64,000 bases of DNA from Lysobacterales bacterium (GTDB taxonomy: Bacteria; Pseudomonadota; Gammaproteobacteria; Xanthomonadales; SZUA-5), in the NCBI GenBank assembly GCA_022844165.1, contig JALHMH010000001.1, positions 96,001-160,000 of the forward strand, read 5' to 3'. Both the position numbers and the translations under genes were made by a program. The notes below the pieces were generated by a model that worked only from the letters and a program-made list of their open reading frames with translations, ran no database searches and was not told the origin of the DNA. This document shows positions 25,540 through 35,906 of this stretch, piece by piece; the stretch's first letter is position 1; each line of letters starts with the position of its first letter.

Positions 25540-27804
25540 TCAAAACCGCCAGCGTAAATCCGCGCCGAACTGTCGGGCCTCGCCACGATTGTCTTGAAGA
25601 AGCCCGAGGAAGTTGATCAAGTCGAAGCGAATGTGGCTGTAAGACTCGTCTGTCAGATTCTTAACCCACACCGCCGCGGTCCATGGTCCATGTTCGTAAG
25701 CCACTCTGGCATTCAATAGACCAAAGCCTTCCTGGCTGGCGAAATCGTTCTGATTTTGGTCGGAATAGAACTTGGACTGGTAATTGCCATTCAATTGCAG
25801 CAGCCACTCGCCTGGGCCCGATGGAACACGATAGTCGACGTGCGCATTGGCATTCCATTCGGACGTCAACGGCAGACGATTGCCGCGCACGGTTCTGCCT
25901 TGCGCGTCGACGAAGGCATCCAGCGCCGCTTTCGGCAACCAGCCGATGCCGAATCGCAGATCGAGCGTGCTGGCGGCCTGCCACAGCACTTCGATTTCCG
26001 CCCCATGGATTCGCGATTGACCCACATTGTCGAGCAATTGCAGCGGCGGTGCGCCTGGGCGTACGGACGGCGTATTCATGAAGACTTGCTGGTCCTGATA
26101 GTCATAAACGAAAGCCGCGGCTTGCACGCGAGCCCGGCGGTCATGGGTGTACCACAATCCGCCGACTTCAAAAGCGTTGAGCGTTTCGCTGCCATACTCG
26201 TTGCGCTCGGCTTCTTCGGCCGAAAACGCGATAGCGCCGTTGTAGCCGCCACTCTTGAATCCCCGCGACAAGCTGGCCCAGGCACGGGTGCGATCGGAAA
26301 CGGCGTGGTGCAGGGCGAATTTTCCGGACACATTGTGATCGCCGACTTCGCCATTGAAGTCCCATGCCGGGATGGTGGTGCCAATCTGGTCGTTCACTGC
26401 CGTTGCGATGTTCACCCGCCCGAGCGCCCGCCAGTCGACGCTCTCCCGCGTGTAACGCAGCCCGGCGCTGACTGTTGTGCGCTCGTCGAGCGCAACATCG
26501 AGATTCGCAAAACCGGCCTGCGAACGCGTGTCGATTCGATTGTCGTAATCGAACCGTGCGGCGCTACCGAACAGCGCGGGGTCCGCACGGAAGTCGCGAA
26601 AAAGATCGATAAAGAAATCCTGCGTCAGCGGCTCTGCCAGGTAATACGCGCCCACGATCCAGTATGCCGGCCCGCTTTCGTGGTGATATCGGAGCTCTTG
26701 CGTCCACAGATCGCCCGCCACCTGCAACGAACCCTCGACGCGCCGAGCCGGGCTGGCGTCGGCGTTGTAGTGGTGCAGTCGCTCCAGCGCGTTGAAGCCA
26801 GTGACCGAAACCAGATAGCTACGATCGCTGAGCGGCCAGGTCAAACTCAGATTCGCGCCGCCACTTTCGCGGCGGTGTGGAAACCCGGCGAAGTCATTGC
26901 TGTTGGCGGACACGTCCTGAAAATGATTGGTGCCGACATTGAAGCCGAACAGATCCGTGCACGCTGTGGTGCCTGCCTGAGCTGGGGTACACAATTGCGG
27001 TGGCGCTCCGTCGACGCCGAGCGTCCGGATAACACCGATGTGGCGTACGGGTTTGGAAACGCCCTCCCATTGTTCGCCATGCGCCTTGAAATAAACCTCT
27101 ACCTCGTCGCGTTCCAGCAGCAACGACAAACGCGCTTCGGTTTGCCGCATGCCGGGTTCCGGCGCGAGCGGAAACAGGTTGTTGACGGTGTAGTCGTAGC
27201 GCCGCTGATCGAAGGCGGCACGCAACGCAAGGCCCTCAGACAAGGGCAAATTCAGAGCGCCACCAAGCCGATACGCATGATCGCTGCCAAGGCCCGCATC
27301 GACATAGCCCTCGCGATCCATCGCTGGGCGACGCGTCGTCACTAAAATGGCGCCCGCGGTCGTGTTTCGCCCAAACAGAGTACCTTGCGGACCACGCAAG
27401 ACTTCGACGGATTCGACATCATACAAATTGACCAGATGACGATTCCCGGTTCCGCCACCGACGCCGTCGACATAGATACCAACCGGCGAGGTCGTAGAGG
27501 TGTTGTAGTCCAGATTGCCGACGCCGCGAATGGTGATCGCCGGCGCCGTTCCTTCGGCCGTATTCTGAGTGACCTTGACATTCGCCGCCTGACCGCCCAA
27601 CTGCGATGTGTCTTTGATGCCTTGATCGTCCAGGGCCAGACCGTCGATCCATTGCATCGACAACGGCACCTCATCGAGCGACTGCGTACGCTTCTGCGCA
27701 CGAACTTCCACCGCGTCCAACGCCACGCTGGCGTCCGCGGAAGTGGCTTGCGGCGCCCATACCACGATGGCAGCTGCGCAAAACGGTGCCCGATAGGAAG
27801 TCAT
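25540..27804 (-). CDS. TonB-dependent outer-membrane receptor
   Basis: Signal peptide, V.AQKR.QSL.EVP plug start, VEVLRGPQGTLFGRNTTAG, SRGFKSGG, C-terminal Phe. Confidence 0.93.
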   Translation of the reverse strand: MTSYRAPFCAAAIVVWAPQATSADASVALDAVEVRAQKRTQSLDEVPLSMQWIDGLALDDQGIKDTSQLGGQAANVKVTQNTAEGTAPAITIRGVGNLDYNTSTTSPVGIYVDGVGGGTGNRHLVNLYDVESVEVLRGPQGTLFGRNTTAGAILVTTRRPAMDREGYVDAGLGSDHAYRLGGALNLPLSEGLALRAAFDQRRYDYTVNNLFPLAPEPGMRQTEARLSLLLERDEVEVYFKAHGEQWEGVSKPVRHIGVIRTLGVDGAPPQLCTPAQAGTTACTDLFGFNVGTNHFQDVSANSNDFAGFPHRRESGGANLSLTWPLSDRSYLVSVTGFNALERLHHYNADASPARRVEGSLQVAGDLWTQELRYHHESGPAYWIVGAYYLAEPLTQDFFIDLFRDFRADPALFGSAARFDYDNRIDTRSQAGFANLDVALDERTTVSAGLRYTRESVDWRALGRVNIATAVNDQIGTTIPAWDFNGEVGDHNVSGKFALHHAVSDRTRAWASLSRGFKSGGYNGAIAFSAEEAERNEYGSETLNAFEVGGLWYTHDRRARVQAAAFVYDYQDQQVFMNTPSVRPGAPPLQLLDNVGQSRIHGAEIEVLWQAASTLDLRFGIGWLPKAALDAFVDAQGRTVRGNRLPLTSEWNANAHVDYRVPSGPGEWLLQLNGNYQSKFYSDQNQNDFASQEGFGLLNARVAYEHGPWTAAVWVKNLTDESYSHIRFDLINFLGLLQDNRGEARQFGADLRWRF

Positions 27805-28042
27805 TCGTAGTGACGATCAGCAAAGCAGGGCGAAGCATGCCATGGCAAGTTCGCATCGCGCGCCGCCGTGATCACTTGTTACCAAATGTCTCGCTACGCG
27901 GCCAGACCGATCAATCGTTCCGAGACCGAAACGCCGCCACTTTCTCTCGTGATCCGAAGCAGTGGAGGGTAGCGACGCCCAAAAAGGTGCGGGCGCACTC
28001 GGGTTGCGTACAATCTGCGCCCAGGTTGTCGGGAGGAAGTAC

Positions 28043-31000
28043 GTGCGCGCGACTGGGTTCGACCTGGAAGAGGTGATCTATGCTGCGGGCGAAACGGTCG
28101 TTGCCAAGGCAACGCACGAAGGCGCGCGCGTGGTCTTGAAGTTCCACGATAATCCGCGGCCAGCGCCTGAGCTGCTGGCCCGATGGCGCCATGAGTACGC
28201 AACGCTGACGACCATCCGTTCGCCGCTGGTTGTTCGTGCGCTGGCGCTGAAGGAAAGCGAACGCGGCCTGGTACTGGTTCTCGAGAACTTCGAGTCGATT
28301 AATCTTGCGCAGCTGATTGCGCGAGATCAGCTGGATCTGGCCGATCGTTTGTCCCTGGCCATCAGCCTTGCACGCGGCATCGGTGCAGTGCACGAACACC
28401 AGTTCATCCACGGCGATATCGCACCGAAGAATGTGCTGGTGAATCCGGCCTCGCTGGATCTGAAGATCTGCGACTTTGGCCTGGCGTCACGCATCGATGT
28501 CCAGCCTCGCCGCAGCGACGGCACGATGATGGTCGGTACGCTCGAGTACATGTCGCCGGAACAAACCGGCCGGACCAATCTTGATGTCGACTACCGCAGC
28601 GACTTCTATTCCCTCGGCGCCACACTATACGAGCTGTTTGCCGGCCGAGTTCCGTTCCTGGCGCAGGACCCGATGAGCCTGTTGCACGCGCAACTGGCAA
28701 GCCTTCCCGTTCCATTGCATGAGCTCGATACGACGATCCCGGAGCCACTGTCGGCTATCGTACAGAAGCTTCTGGCCAAACATCCGGATGATCGTTACCA
28801 GAGTAGTTTTGGGCTCATCCAGGATCTCGAAACGTGCGCCGAAAGCTGGCGCAAATCCGGGCGAATCGAACGTTTCTCGCTGGCCAGGCACGACGTTCCA
28901 GAACATTTTTGCATCGCGCAAAAACTCTACGGGCGACAAGACGAGTGCGCCCGCGTGCTGTCTGCGTTCAAACGCGCCGTCGCCAATGCCAGCGTTGAGT
29001 TCTTGCTGATCGGCGGTTATTCGGGCATCGGCAAGACGGCACTGGTCAATGAACTCCACCGGCCGGTGCTGTCGCGTCGCGGCTATCTGTTGCGCGGCAA
29101 ATGCGATCAATACAATCACAACCAACCGTACATCGCATTGCGCCAGGCTTTTGGCCAAATGCTGCAAACGCTCCTGCAAGAGGGGGCCGAGCGCCGCCAA
29201 TTTTGGAAAGTGCGGCTCACGGATGCGCTCGGCGCCAATCTGGCTGCGATTTCCGACATCGTTCCTGAACTGTCCCAGCTTGTTGGCAAACCGCTGCCAT
29301 TGCCGCCGTTACCCGCCGCAGAGAGCGAGCAGCGTTTCCACATCGCATTCGCGCAATTCGTTTTGGCGCTCTCGCCGCGCTCGCACCCGCTGTTGCTGTT
29401 TCTCGACGACCTGCAATGGGCCGATGTACCAACGCTGCGTTTACTTGAGCACCTTGCACGTTCCGATGGCGAACAGAGCGTGCTTCTGGTTGGCGCGTAT
29501 CGCGACAACGAAGTCAACGCGGGAGATCCGCTCGATATCACGCTTCGGGCGATCGAAAGAACGATGCGTATCGACCGCCTTCACCTTGGGGCCTTGACCT
29601 CTGGCGACGTCCGACAGCTCATCGCCGACACGCTGCACTCAACACCAGAATCGGTCGCCGAGCTGAGCGATCTGTGTGTTGAGAAAACGCGCGGCAACCC
29701 TTTTTTCCTAAGTCAGTTTTTGCGCAGCCTCTACGAACTCGGCGATATCTGCTACGACCGCGGAAAAGGCGCCTGGAATTGGAATCTGCCGCGCATTCGC
29801 CAACGCGGCATGACCGACAACGTGGTAGACCTGCTGCTGACCAAGCTGGGTTCCCTACCCGACGAAACGCAAGATCTGCTGGCGCGTGCGGCCCACCTGG
29901 GCAGCCGCTTCGATCAACGCGATCTGATGGCGATTGGACAATGCGATGCCCCAACGGTCGCCGAACGCCTGTGGCCGGCGCTTCAGGCAGGGCTGGTGAT
30001 GCCGCTCAACGACGACTACAAGTATGCGCAGAGCCCGGAGCGGCTCCAGGATGCGCGGTATCGCTTTTTGCACGACCGCGTTCAACAGGCGGCACATGAG
30101 CTGGTCTCCGAAGATAAGCGCGCTGAGCTGCGTCTGCATTGCGGCAGATCACTGCTGGCGACCAGCAACGAACTTGAACTTGAAGCACGCCTGTTTGTCA
30201 TTCTCGAGTCGCTCAATGACGCGATCGAGCTCATCGTCGACGGCGCAGAGCGTCGGCAGCTCTTGGAACTGAACCTGCGCGGCGGAATTCGCGCCAAAGC
30301 GTCATCGGCCTTCGCTGCGGCATTCACCATGTTGAGTCACGCCGCTCGTTTGTTGCCCACGGACGCTTGGCAATCCATGCCAGAGACAGCCTTGCAAGTG
30401 CACCGTCACCGCGCAGAAGCAGAGTATCTGAGTGGCGATTTCGATCGTGCCGAAGAACGGCTGGCGGCACTCATCGCGCAAGCCCCAGGTGTGGCTGCAA
30501 AAGTCACCTTATGCCTGACGCAAGTCGAACAGATGCACATCCGCGGCCACTTCTCGGCGGCATTCGATGTGTTGTGCGATGCACTGGCGCTCCTGGGCCA
30601 TGATTTTCCACGTACCGAAGAGGCTGCGGGCGCGTGTTTCACGACGGAATTCATCGCTATCGATGCTCGCCTCGAAAACCTCACCGAAGCAGATCTCGTT
30701 GCGCGACCAGAAATGACCGATAGCGAGCGGCTGCTGGAGATGCAGCTGTACTTCGGGCTTGCCTATGCAACCTATCAGATCAATCGTGGGCTGAGTTATG
30801 TGCTTGGTGCCTGTCGCATGGTGCGGACCACACTGGATCACGGCAACTGCGACCTGAGTTCCATCGCCTACGTGACTTATGAAACCGCGATGGCAGCGAT
30901 GGGCAAGCCGTATCCCGCCGTGTTTGCCATGGGCAAACTCGCGCGGCGGTTGGCTGAGTTGCGCGACAACCCGTATTTTCGGCTGTCGGTTTATCAATAT

Positions 31001-33040
31001 TTCGCAGCGTTCTATCAACACTGGTGCGACCCGCTACGAGATACGCTTGCGCATCTTGAACTGGGTCTGGATATGGGACGCGCCGGCATCAATCCGCTGG
31101 CGGCCGGGTATTGCGCGTTGCTGCGTCCGGTGAATGCGTTTATCGCAGGTCAATCGCTGGAAGACGTCGAAATGGAGGCCCAACAAGGTCTCGCTTTCTT
31201 GCAGCGTAGCCGCCAGCCGGCAACCGAAGTCATGTTGCGTTGCGCAGTCCTGCAACCCATCGCTGCGATGCGCGGCCGTTCGGTTGCCATCCAGAGTTTC
31301 GACACCGCCGATGTTCGCATCGGGACGTTGCTCGCCGATGACTTGACGACGCCATCGATCGGTCTTGCTTTCTACGCTTTTGCGATGACGCGTCACGCAT
31401 ACATCTTCGATCTGCCAAACGAGTGGCGTAGCGCTTCGGTTCGCCTGGCAATGATCGGGGCGCTCTTACCGGACAGTCCGGCGTTGGTAGAAGCCAGTTT
31501 TTTCAGAGCACTTGGCTTGCTGAGGTTCGATGCCGGCAATGACGGTGCGCTCGAAGAGGTCGAGGCCTTGCTTGGAAAGTTCGAATCCTGGGCGACCCAC
31601 TGCCCGGCGAACTTCGAGCACAAGGCGCTGATGATCCGGGGCGAACTGATGCGCGTGCATGGCGATGCACAAGGCGCGATGGATGTCTTTGCGCGCGCCA
31701 TCGACGCTGCTGGCGAATCTGGCTTTGCCCACATGGAAGCGCTCAGCAACGAGTTGTACGCCCTTTATTGGCAAGCCAACCAACAGCGCCAACTGGCCGG
31801 TAATTTCATTCGCGAGGCCTACTATCACTATCAACGCTGGGGCGCGTCGGCCAAGTGCAGGCAGATCGAAGCCCGCTGGCCGCACATGCTGTTTAGAGCC
31901 GTCGAGTTGCGCCGTTTTTCCGCAGGCTCGACCGGGAGCTATGGCGCAATTTCGTCGTCTGTTGGCACACTGGATCTGCATTCGCTGCTCAAGGCCAGTC
32001 GTTCGCTTTCGCAAGAAGTGAATATTGAGAGCCTGCTGCAAAAGCTCTTGGGCATCGTGTTAGAGAACGCTGGCGCAGAGTTCGGCGCAATCATCAGTTG
32101 TGATGAGGAGGCGCTCGTGGTCGAGGCGCTTGGTCAGTTCGGCGAGGGCCGAATGACCGAATACTCGCGATTGTGCCGCTCCATCAGCGACTTGCGAAAC
32201 GAGCCGCCGCAACTGCCGCTGGAACTGATCGAGCACGCCCACCTCACGCGCAGCTTGTTGGTGCTGAACAACCCGGTCGACGATGTGCGATTTTCGGCAA
32301 GCGCGTACTTCGAACTGCGCAAGCCGAAGTCTGCGCTGGTGCTACCGGTGCTGATTCAGAGCCGTTTGATCGGATTGCTTTATGCCGAAAACGGCCTGCT
32401 TGAGGGCGCATTTACCGAACGCCACGTCAAGACGCTGGAGCTGCTCGGCGCACAGGCCGCGATCTCGTTGGTCAACGCACGTCACGTCGAACAATTGGAA
32501 CGCAAGGTCGCCGAACGAACGGACGAACTACGGCGAATGAGCATGAAAGATGGTCTCACCGGCATCGCCAATCGGCGCAGTTTCGACGAACGTCTGGCTG
32601 GCGAATGGCGCCGCGCGCAACGAACTGGTAAGCCGGTTTCGCTGATGATGATCGACATCGATCACTTCAAACTGTACAACGACCACTATGGTCATATTGA
32701 AGGCGATCGATGTATTCGAGCCGTCGCGCAGTCTTTAGAAGGTGTCATCAACCGCGGCACCGATCTGGTTGCACGCTACGGCGGTGAGGAGTTCGCAGCC
32801 ATTTTGCCCGATACCGATCGCGATGCGGCAGGATGGCTCGCGGCTGCCTGCATTCGTGCGATAGGCGATTTGGCACTGCCGCACGCCAAGTCCGGCGCCG
32901 GGCCCTTCGTGAGTGTCAGCATCGGCACACACACCGCGATTGCCGAAGGCGACAGCGAATCCTTGTTGTCGCAGGCCGATCGGGCACTGTACGACGCCAA
33001 ACGCGGCGGGCGCAATTGCTGGCGGGCTTTTACGCCCTGA
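28043..33040 (+). CDS. Ser/Thr kinase-AAA ATPase-helical-GAF-GGDEF diguanylate cyclase
   Basis: IHGDIAPKN/DFG/SPEQTGR kinase; GYSGIGKT Walker A and LFLDD Walker B; GAF; DIDHFK.YND.YGH, RxxD I-site (RGTD) and GGEEF; GGAGG RBS before GTG 28043. Confidence 0.9.
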   Translation: MRATGFDLEEVIYAAGETVVAKATHEGARVVLKFHDNPRPAPELLARWRHEYATLTTIRSPLVVRALALKESERGLVLVLENFESINLAQLIARDQLDLADRLSLAISLARGIGAVHEHQFIHGDIAPKNVLVNPASLDLKICDFGLASRIDVQPRRSDGTMMVGTLEYMSPEQTGRTNLDVDYRSDFYSLGATLYELFAGRVPFLAQDPMSLLHAQLASLPVPLHELDTTIPEPLSAIVQKLLAKHPDDRYQSSFGLIQDLETCAESWRKSGRIERFSLARHDVPEHFCIAQKLYGRQDECARVLSAFKRAVANASVEFLLIGGYSGIGKTALVNELHRPVLSRRGYLLRGKCDQYNHNQPYIALRQAFGQMLQTLLQEGAERRQFWKVRLTDALGANLAAISDIVPELSQLVGKPLPLPPLPAAESEQRFHIAFAQFVLALSPRSHPLLLFLDDLQWADVPTLRLLEHLARSDGEQSVLLVGAYRDNEVNAGDPLDITLRAIERTMRIDRLHLGALTSGDVRQLIADTLHSTPESVAELSDLCVEKTRGNPFFLSQFLRSLYELGDICYDRGKGAWNWNLPRIRQRGMTDNVVDLLLTKLGSLPDETQDLLARAAHLGSRFDQRDLMAIGQCDAPTVAERLWPALQAGLVMPLNDDYKYAQSPERLQDARYRFLHDRVQQAAHELVSEDKRAELRLHCGRSLLATSNELELEARLFVILESLNDAIELIVDGAERRQLLELNLRGGIRAKASSAFAAAFTMLSHAARLLPTDAWQSMPETALQVHRHRAEAEYLSGDFDRAEERLAALIAQAPGVAAKVTLCLTQVEQMHIRGHFSAAFDVLCDALALLGHDFPRTEEAAGACFTTEFIAIDARLENLTEADLVARPEMTDSERLLEMQLYFGLAYATYQINRGLSYVLGACRMVRTTLDHGNCDLSSIAYVTYETAMAAMGKPYPAVFAMGKLARRLAELRDNPYFRLSVYQYFAAFYQHWCDPLRDTLAHLELGLDMGRAGINPLAAGYCALLRPVNAFIAGQSLEDVEMEAQQGLAFLQRSRQPATEVMLRCAVLQPIAAMRGRSVAIQSFDTADVRIGTLLADDLTTPSIGLAFYAFAMTRHAYIFDLPNEWRSASVRLAMIGALLPDSPALVEASFFRALGLLRFDAGNDGALEEVEALLGKFESWATHCPANFEHKALMIRGELMRVHGDAQGAMDVFARAIDAAGESGFAHMEALSNELYALYWQANQQRQLAGNFIREAYYHYQRWGASAKCRQIEARWPHMLFRAVELRRFSAGSTGSYGAISSSVGTLDLHSLLKASRSLSQEVNIESLLQKLLGIVLENAGAEFGAIISCDEEALVVEALGQFGEGRMTEYSRLCRSISDLRNEPPQLPLELIEHAHLTRSLLVLNNPVDDVRFSASAYFELRKPKSALVLPVLIQSRLIGLLYAENGLLEGAFTERHVKTLELLGAQAAISLVNARHVEQLERKVAERTDELRRMSMKDGLTGIANRRSFDERLAGEWRRAQRTGKPVSLMMIDIDHFKLYNDHYGHIEGDRCIRAVAQSLEGVINRGTDLVARYGGEEFAAILPDTDRDAAGWLAAACIRAIGDLALPHAKSGAGPFVSVSIGTHTAIAEGDSESLLSQADRALYDAKRGGRNCWRAFTP

Positions 33041-33053
33041 TGCTGCCAACGGA

Positions 33054-33101
33054 CGACGTTGAGAAACGCACAGGAAGTGCGTTTCTCAACAACGTGCTAG
33101 A
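33054..33101 (+). repeat. Hairpin and right end of the MITE-like element; probably also a terminator between convergent genes
   Basis: GTTGAGAAACGCAC-AGGAA-GTGCGTTTCTCAAC perfect 14-bp stem; 33061-33094 identical to 47168-47201. Confidence 0.8.
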
Positions 33102-35208
33102 TGCTGATGCTGTTAGGAATCTGCGACGGCAGCTGATACGGATAGGGCATCGGCCTGTCGCGATTGCGTTTGCGAATTTCGATTTCGATGATTGCGAGTG
33201 CATCCTGCAACTGGGCGACGATCGGCTGCACACGCTGATCGGTGAAGTACGGATCGCGCGGATTGTGCTCGTAGCGCCCGAATGTGTCGTACTGCACGCC
33301 GGTCAGCAAATACTCGAAGGTCAAACCGTACAAAGCAACGTCCAACGGCGGGTACCATGGCAGGCAGTCGTCGATGCTGTTCAATACGGTGCTGCGTGTC
33401 GGCAAAGGTCGATACAAGCTGCCGCCCACGCTCGGCACGTACGACATCAGCGGGTACTGTGCATAGTTCACCGAGGCATGTCGCGGACCGGCGGTATACA
33501 AGATCAGACTCACCATCTCGATCAAATAGTCGAGACTATCGATACGCCAGGGGCGCCCGCTGTCGCCGGTCGCAACCAGTCCGTCGAGGCCCTGAAATGC
33601 GCAGTACTGTGGAGCCGTCAGCTCATAGACAAACCCCTGAAGTTCGGCATCGTCGCGCACGTCCTCATCGTTCCGGTAATAGATCCGAAGATAGGCACCG
33701 ACAAAGTCGGTGATGGCCTTCCACAACAGCAGCGTATCGTCTCGGAACGGAAATTGCGGGCAACGGTCTACGCCACGCGATACAAATTCTCGCGTCGGCA
33801 CGTGCGCATCCCAGCGCCACGCGCGGTGCGCCCGCGAGACCATGTCTAAACTCGATTCGATCGCTATGCCAACGTTGCAAGCCACCACGCCGCCGGGGAC
33901 GATCAGGCTATGGATGGCATCGTCGTTGATATTGATCGTAAACCTGAAGTGTGGAATCAGAAGTTTGTACAACGGGTGCAACTCGCTCACCTGCCGGTGC
34001 AACGCGACAATCATCGGCTCGATGATTAAATGGGTATCCCCCAGGTGCGCCACGGCCTCGTGTTGAATCGCGGAGCAGACGTTCACGGTGTACTTCGCGA
34101 TGCGCCACTTCAACAGATTCGCATCGTTACCCCCGGCACAATTGTTCGGCGTATACAGTGGCGCCGCTTCAGCGTCGAACCGCTGAGCAAGCTGTATTGC
34201 GATCGGCTGCAACGCACCGCCTGGCGGATAGCCCGGTGGCGGTGCATCGTTCCAATAGAACAGCGCAATGGGCGCGGTAATGTATCGCTGTTCCCCATGC
34301 AGCGCTTCGGTCTTCGCGCCATCCAACGTGACGTAGTCAACAACGAACAAGCGCCCATCTTGTGCCGCCGTCCTCAGCGAAATGGAGGCATTGCCGCTCA
34401 CGGACTGAAAATGCGCATCCGTGATCGGGAACTTCTTCAGCAGGTCAGGCAATGCAACTGCCTTCGATCCAGCTGTCACTTCAGGAACCACTCCCAAGAG
34501 TTGTGTTGTATTGAATCCAGCAATCTGGAGGTAGCCGAAGAACCAATCCTGTTCGCTGGGTTCGCCCGCCGGCATCCAGGCCTGGCGCTCAATCGTCAGC
34601 GCCGCCGGTTTGGGCAGCTTGGGATACAACTTCGCATAGTCGGCGATCGATTCTGGATGCAAATAAGCGCGACCATGTGCGCCGTTGAGCAAATCGTAGG
34701 CGGTGGACTTGAGTATTGCTGTCGGGCCCTCGGCCAGCACTTCTTTGAAAACTCTGTCGAGCCCCGTGATCATCGCTTCGATGTCTTTGGGAATGTTGCT
34801 TAGCGATCGCAGCGCCTCCGGCAGCTCGGACAAGGACTTCAAGAACGCCTTCATATTCTTCGCGTCGCGAACGGGATGCAGCGCGCTGAACTCTTCATCG
34901 AGCTTTTTCCATGCCGCCTGGATGTCGGCGAAAGCCTGTGTCGCGAGGTCGCCTTTCAGTTCCCGCTCGAGCAACATCTCGATGACGCATTTGAAATTCT
35001 CGAGCATCGGGCCGAACACTTTCAGCACCTGCGTTTCGTAGTCCAGCGTAAATTTTTCGGTACGCGGCAGATCTGCGGACATCGGCACGGAGTTCAAATA
35101 ACTCGTCATGTAGTTGTAGTTGGTCCGCGCCATCGACAACTGAAATGCGCGCGCTTGTTGCGCCTCAGGCGAGTCATGTTGCGGCAATGTTGGCAGTAGG
35201 TTCGACAT
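33097..35208 (-). CDS. Lipoxygenase
   Basis: WRIAK, HEAVAHLGDTH iron-ligand segment, HASVNYAQY, C-terminal PNSISI; AGGGGG RBS; no evident signal peptide. Confidence 0.93.
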   Translation of the reverse strand: MSNLLPTLPQHDSPEAQQARAFQLSMARTNYNYMTSYLNSVPMSADLPRTEKFTLDYETQVLKVFGPMLENFKCVIEMLLERELKGDLATQAFADIQAAWKKLDEEFSALHPVRDAKNMKAFLKSLSELPEALRSLSNIPKDIEAMITGLDRVFKEVLAEGPTAILKSTAYDLLNGAHGRAYLHPESIADYAKLYPKLPKPAALTIERQAWMPAGEPSEQDWFFGYLQIAGFNTTQLLGVVPEVTAGSKAVALPDLLKKFPITDAHFQSVSGNASISLRTAAQDGRLFVVDYVTLDGAKTEALHGEQRYITAPIALFYWNDAPPPGYPPGGALQPIAIQLAQRFDAEAAPLYTPNNCAGGNDANLLKWRIAKYTVNVCSAIQHEAVAHLGDTHLIIEPMIVALHRQVSELHPLYKLLIPHFRFTININDDAIHSLIVPGGVVACNVGIAIESSLDMVSRAHRAWRWDAHVPTREFVSRGVDRCPQFPFRDDTLLLWKAITDFVGAYLRIYYRNDEDVRDDAELQGFVYELTAPQYCAFQGLDGLVATGDSGRPWRIDSLDYLIEMVSLILYTAGPRHASVNYAQYPLMSYVPSVGGSLYRPLPTRSTVLNSIDDCLPWYPPLDVALYGLTFEYLLTGVQYDTFGRYEHNPRDPYFTDQRVQPIVAQLQDALAIIEIEIRKRNRDRPMPYPYQLPSQIPNSISI

Positions 35209-35369
35209 CGGTTTCCCCCTTAGAAGCACGATCGAAGCACAGAACCCTAACCGCTCATCATCACGACCGCAATGCAAGCTTCAATCCTTGACGATTCCAG
35301 TACGGCGCAGCCGCGTGCGCGTACTGGCCTGGCCTGCGGGCAAGCGCAGCAGAGGGGCGCGGTCGGCAG

Positions 35370-35906
35370 TTAGGGGACGGTCTGTTGCCAAGCGCGTCGA
35401 TCGATGCGGTAGAACGCGGTCGGTTGCCATGCTCCTCCCGAGAAGCGCGATTCGACGCGATCAAATTCTCCACCGATTTTCTCCATCGCTCGCCGCGAAC
35501 GCAGATTGTCGATGCCGATGTGGAACCAGACACGGTCGACATATTCGAAAGCTTGGTCGAGCATCATTTTCTTGAGCTCCGCATTCGCCGCACCGCCCCA
35601 CAAGTGGCGCGCCAGGAACGTATAGCCAATAGCCACCTCGCGCAGCTCCGGCCGCCATTCGTAGTAGCGCGAACTGCCGACAATCGCGCCACTTTCCCGT
35701 TCAATGACGATGAGTGCGCCATCACCGCACGCCTTGGCGAAAAAACCACTGAACACGGCCTGCTGCCAACGCAGTGGTTCCGGATGCAAGGCCCAGATGC
35801 CAGGGTCGCGGGCAACCGCGTACAGCGCCTGGAAATCGTCGCTGGTCAGAGGTCTTAAGAACAATCGTTCAGATGTTGCATGGAGTTGTTGCCACCCGGC
35901 AATCAT
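35370..35906 (-). CDS. GNAT acetyltransferase (RimJ/RimL-like)
   Basis: LFLRPL, AIGYTFL...WGG, NLRSRRAMEKIG. Confidence 0.85.
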   Translation of the reverse strand: MIAGWQQLHATSERLFLRPLTSDDFQALYAVARDPGIWALHPEPLRWQQAVFSGFFAKACGDGALIVIERESGAIVGSSRYYEWRPELREVAIGYTFLARHLWGGAANAELKKMMLDQAFEYVDRVWFHIGIDNLRSRRAMEKIGGEFDRVESRFSGGAWQPTAFYRIDRRAWQQTVP

